Below are positions 61,801 through 64,000 of a stretch of DNA of 64,000 nt, one piece after another; the stretch's first letter is position 1, and each line of letters begins with the position of its first letter. Source of the stretch: Bilabrum cf. latius (Eukaryota); assembly GCA_965178125.1 (NCBI GenBank), contig OZ237735.1, forward strand, positions 496,001-560,000, written 5' to 3'. The translations under genes were made by a program, and so were the position numbers. The notes under the pieces are model-generated. The model did not search any database. It was not told the origin of the DNA and was given only the letters and a program-made list of their open reading frames with translations.

Positions 61801-62197
61801 AACAATAGAATAAAATGTATGGAATGGCATGCCTAGCAGCGTTCTGCAATCTGCCCTGCCAGCTCGAATAACATCTAAAGCGTCCTGTGCTTCTTGTCCA
61901 CTGGCACGGGTGATTGCGGAATCACTCCCTCCCACTACATCATCACCAGGAACGACAGGCAAAAATCCAAACTGAACCTGCAGCAATGGATTGGTCAGAC
62001 AGAAGGTCTCGAGTGCTTGTGAAACCGAAACAGGGACCCACTGATCCCACCACTGAGAAAACCAAGAGAACAGAACATATTAAATCTCTCACTTCGGGTT
62101 CAGCAGAACGCGAACGTTTCATTGCACCTGCAATGTGGCTCGTTCCGGTGCTCCGAGAATCTGCGTTTCTCCGACAAACAACACCGTACTATGGCAT
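58834..62197 (-). CDS. ASCC2: Activating signal cointegrator complex subunit 2-like (CUE/UBA-type); intron 61978-62092; several TAG; start 62197 or 62122
   Basis: FHTFYSIV..FMGSFWEGRSRPYD, a CUE-like segment (DVSEVLGS..LLRVSGGNAQTAILTFIEG), EYDDEHDDTLDD, then an RGG-rich tail ending HRRKDSRRAAASRKQAKMG-TGA after TAG read-through. Confidence 0.65.
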
Positions 62198-62458
62198 GAG
62201 CTGCCGAGGTGCAACTAGTTCGATATAGGTAGAATTATGAGAACTTTGTCGGCAATTTTAAGATCAAGCAGTAGAATTAATGTAGGCGTATCCCAAGCGG
62301 GAGCCGTGAGTCCATTTTTTGTTTGAGCATTGAATGAGAGGGCTGTGATGTGCACGTGACGTAGTGCACTCCATGCGGTGTGTTCGCCAATACCCCACAA
62401 GTTCGGCGCAAATCCGATTCGATTTTCGGGTGTATTTTTTTGTTTTTTCCCCTTGCAG

Positions 62459-63964
62459 ATGTCGAGACGATTGATGGGTTCCTTATCTCGACGAAATGTG
62501 AGTGGGGCACCCCAGAGGTCTTGGAATCGTGCGGCTCACGCTCGTGCTTTGCCGCTGCTGTGGAGACGGTAGCAGTCCCTTTGGAGAACACTACAGCGTA
62601 GACTTGCATCGAGCCCAGCCGCGACATAGAGTAGCGCTACGCGTGTTGCCGGCGGGGTCAGCCCGACCGCGTTGCGGCTGGTCGCAGCCTGGATCTTCTC
62701 CGTCGCTGCAATCGTGTATGTGATGGTCGTCGTAGGTGGCGTGACTAGATTAACCCGATCTGGCCTGTCCATGGTTGACTGGAGGCCGCAGGGCAGTTGG
62801 CTGCCTCAGACCGACGAGGCATGGCAGGCCGAGTTCGACAAGTACTAGCAGTTCCCGGAATACAGACTCAGAAACATGGGCATGACGCTCGAAGAATTCA
62901 AAGATATCTACTGGTGGGAATGGTTCCACAGGATGCTCGGGCGCGGTATCGGGCTAGCATTCGCGCTGCCAGGCGCGGCCCTCGCCCTCAGCGGGAGCAT
63001 ACCGCGGGCGCTGCGGGGTCGACTGGGCCTCGCCTTTGCGCTGGGTGGGACACAGGGACTCATTGGGTGGTGGATGGTGAAGAGTGGGCTCGACCACAAG
63101 AACTACGAGGGAGAGAACAAATTCAAGGATCCCCGCGTGTCGCCGTACCGTCTCGCAACGCACCTCACCATGGCGTTCAGCATCTTTGGGCTCCTGCTGT
63201 GGACTGGGTTTGACGCGCTTTCCATGGCTTCGGCAGCCGCTGCCGCTCGTGGGTCAGCCAAGGCCATCGCTGCGGCCCCGACTGCAGCGGCCACCCGAGC
63301 AGCCGCCCGGATGCTCCCCGCGCTCACTCTCGCCACTGGCCTCGTGGGGCTCACTTCTTTCGCGGGGGCCTTTGTGGCGGGCAACGACGCGGGCAGGGCC
63401 TACAACGACTGGCCCATGTACGCAGGCAGGCACGTGCCGGAGGAGATCTGGGACGACAAGCTGGGGTACAGGAACGTGTTTGAGAACACCGCGACGGTGC
63501 AGTTCGACCACCGAAATCTGGCCTACGCCACCGTGGCGGCTGTTGGTGTGACGATGGCCATGTGGCTCCGCAGTGGCGCCGCTCTTTTTCCCAAGTCGGC
63601 CAACGTCGCCCTTGCCCACCTCGGGCTGGGCGTGCTGGGCCAGGCAGGGCTGGGCATCGTGACCTTGATGTCGTACGTCCCGGTGGAGCTCGGTGCCGCG
63701 CACCAGGGAGGGGCTCTGGCTCTGCTTGCGGCGGCGCTCTGGTCTAGGCACGCGGTCGGGCGAGTGGCCGGCGGTGCGGGGGCTGTCCACAGAGCAGCAG
63801 CTGCCGGGGGGCCCGCGGGCGCGACTGCTGCTGCTGCTGCTGCTAGCTTGCTTGGTCTGAGGTGCCTGCCCGAGGGGTTTGGACGCGGGGGTTCTATGGC
63901 GGTCGAGCCGAGGGACTTGGGGACAGTGCGCGAGCTGGAGGACGACGTGCCGGGTTCGTAGTGA
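62459..63964 (+). CDS. COX15: Heme A synthase; TAG at 62570, 62627, 62846, 63959; true stop TGA 63962-63964
   Basis: VVVGGVTRLTRSGLSMVDW, EFDKY*QFPEY, EWFHRMLGR, QGLIGWWMVKSGL, VSPYRLATHL, GAFVAGNDAG, VQFDHR, AAHQ. Confidence 0.95.
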
Positions 63965-64000
63965 AGCGCAGCTGCTCACCGGCTTGCAGCTGCAAGCGCT

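Noticed and set aside
1-64000. Genes as pseudogenes, or TAGs as random sequencing errors
   Set aside because: Interruptions are exclusively TAG, never TAA, TGA or frameshifts. They hit essential genes with intact catalytic motifs and coincide with Gln columns.
1-64000. Standard ciliate code (UAA and UAG both Gln), or UAG as pyrrolysine, Leu or Glu
   Set aside because: No internal TAA was seen and TAA ends two genes. The LSGGQ and PPNGQG columns point to Gln. No pyl genes are present in the window and the DNA is eukaryotic.
1-64000. tRNA (including a suppressor tRNA-Gln CUA), rRNA or transposon
   Set aside because: None was recognisable by eye in the short spacers. A tRNAscan-SE or Infernal run is needed to exclude them.

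Overview
Eukaryotic nuclear DNA from a very compact, GC-rich protist genome. About 20 tightly packed protein-coding genes carry short GT-AG introns near their 5' ends, and many sit in head-to-head pairs. The main result is a non-standard genetic code: TAG is a sense codon for Gln, while TGA and TAA remain stops. On the order of 100 in-frame TAGs (hand count) break otherwise continuous frames, and several fall on conserved Gln positions: ABC signature LSGG*KARV, GGT PPNG*G, COX15 KY*QFPEY. No internal in-frame TAA or TGA was found, and all 19 gene 3' ends in the window are TGA (17) or TAA (2). The supplied ORF track therefore fragments most genes. Re-read with TAG=Gln, the genes are UTP20, TAF8, a ~3,076-aa multi-TM/pseudokinase/kinase protein, a secretory 2-Cys peroxiredoxin, PCBD, a signal-peptide kinase, EXOSC9, a nucleoside phosphorylase-MTA deaminase fusion, a Kv-like channel with an odd filter, DNLZ, NOC3, a repeat-expanded ABCF, an SLC43-like MFS transporter, a cystatin, AASS, a bacterial-like secreted glycoside hydrolase, GGT, a small membrane protein, ASCC2 and COX15. 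All models were read by hand and no database searches were run.
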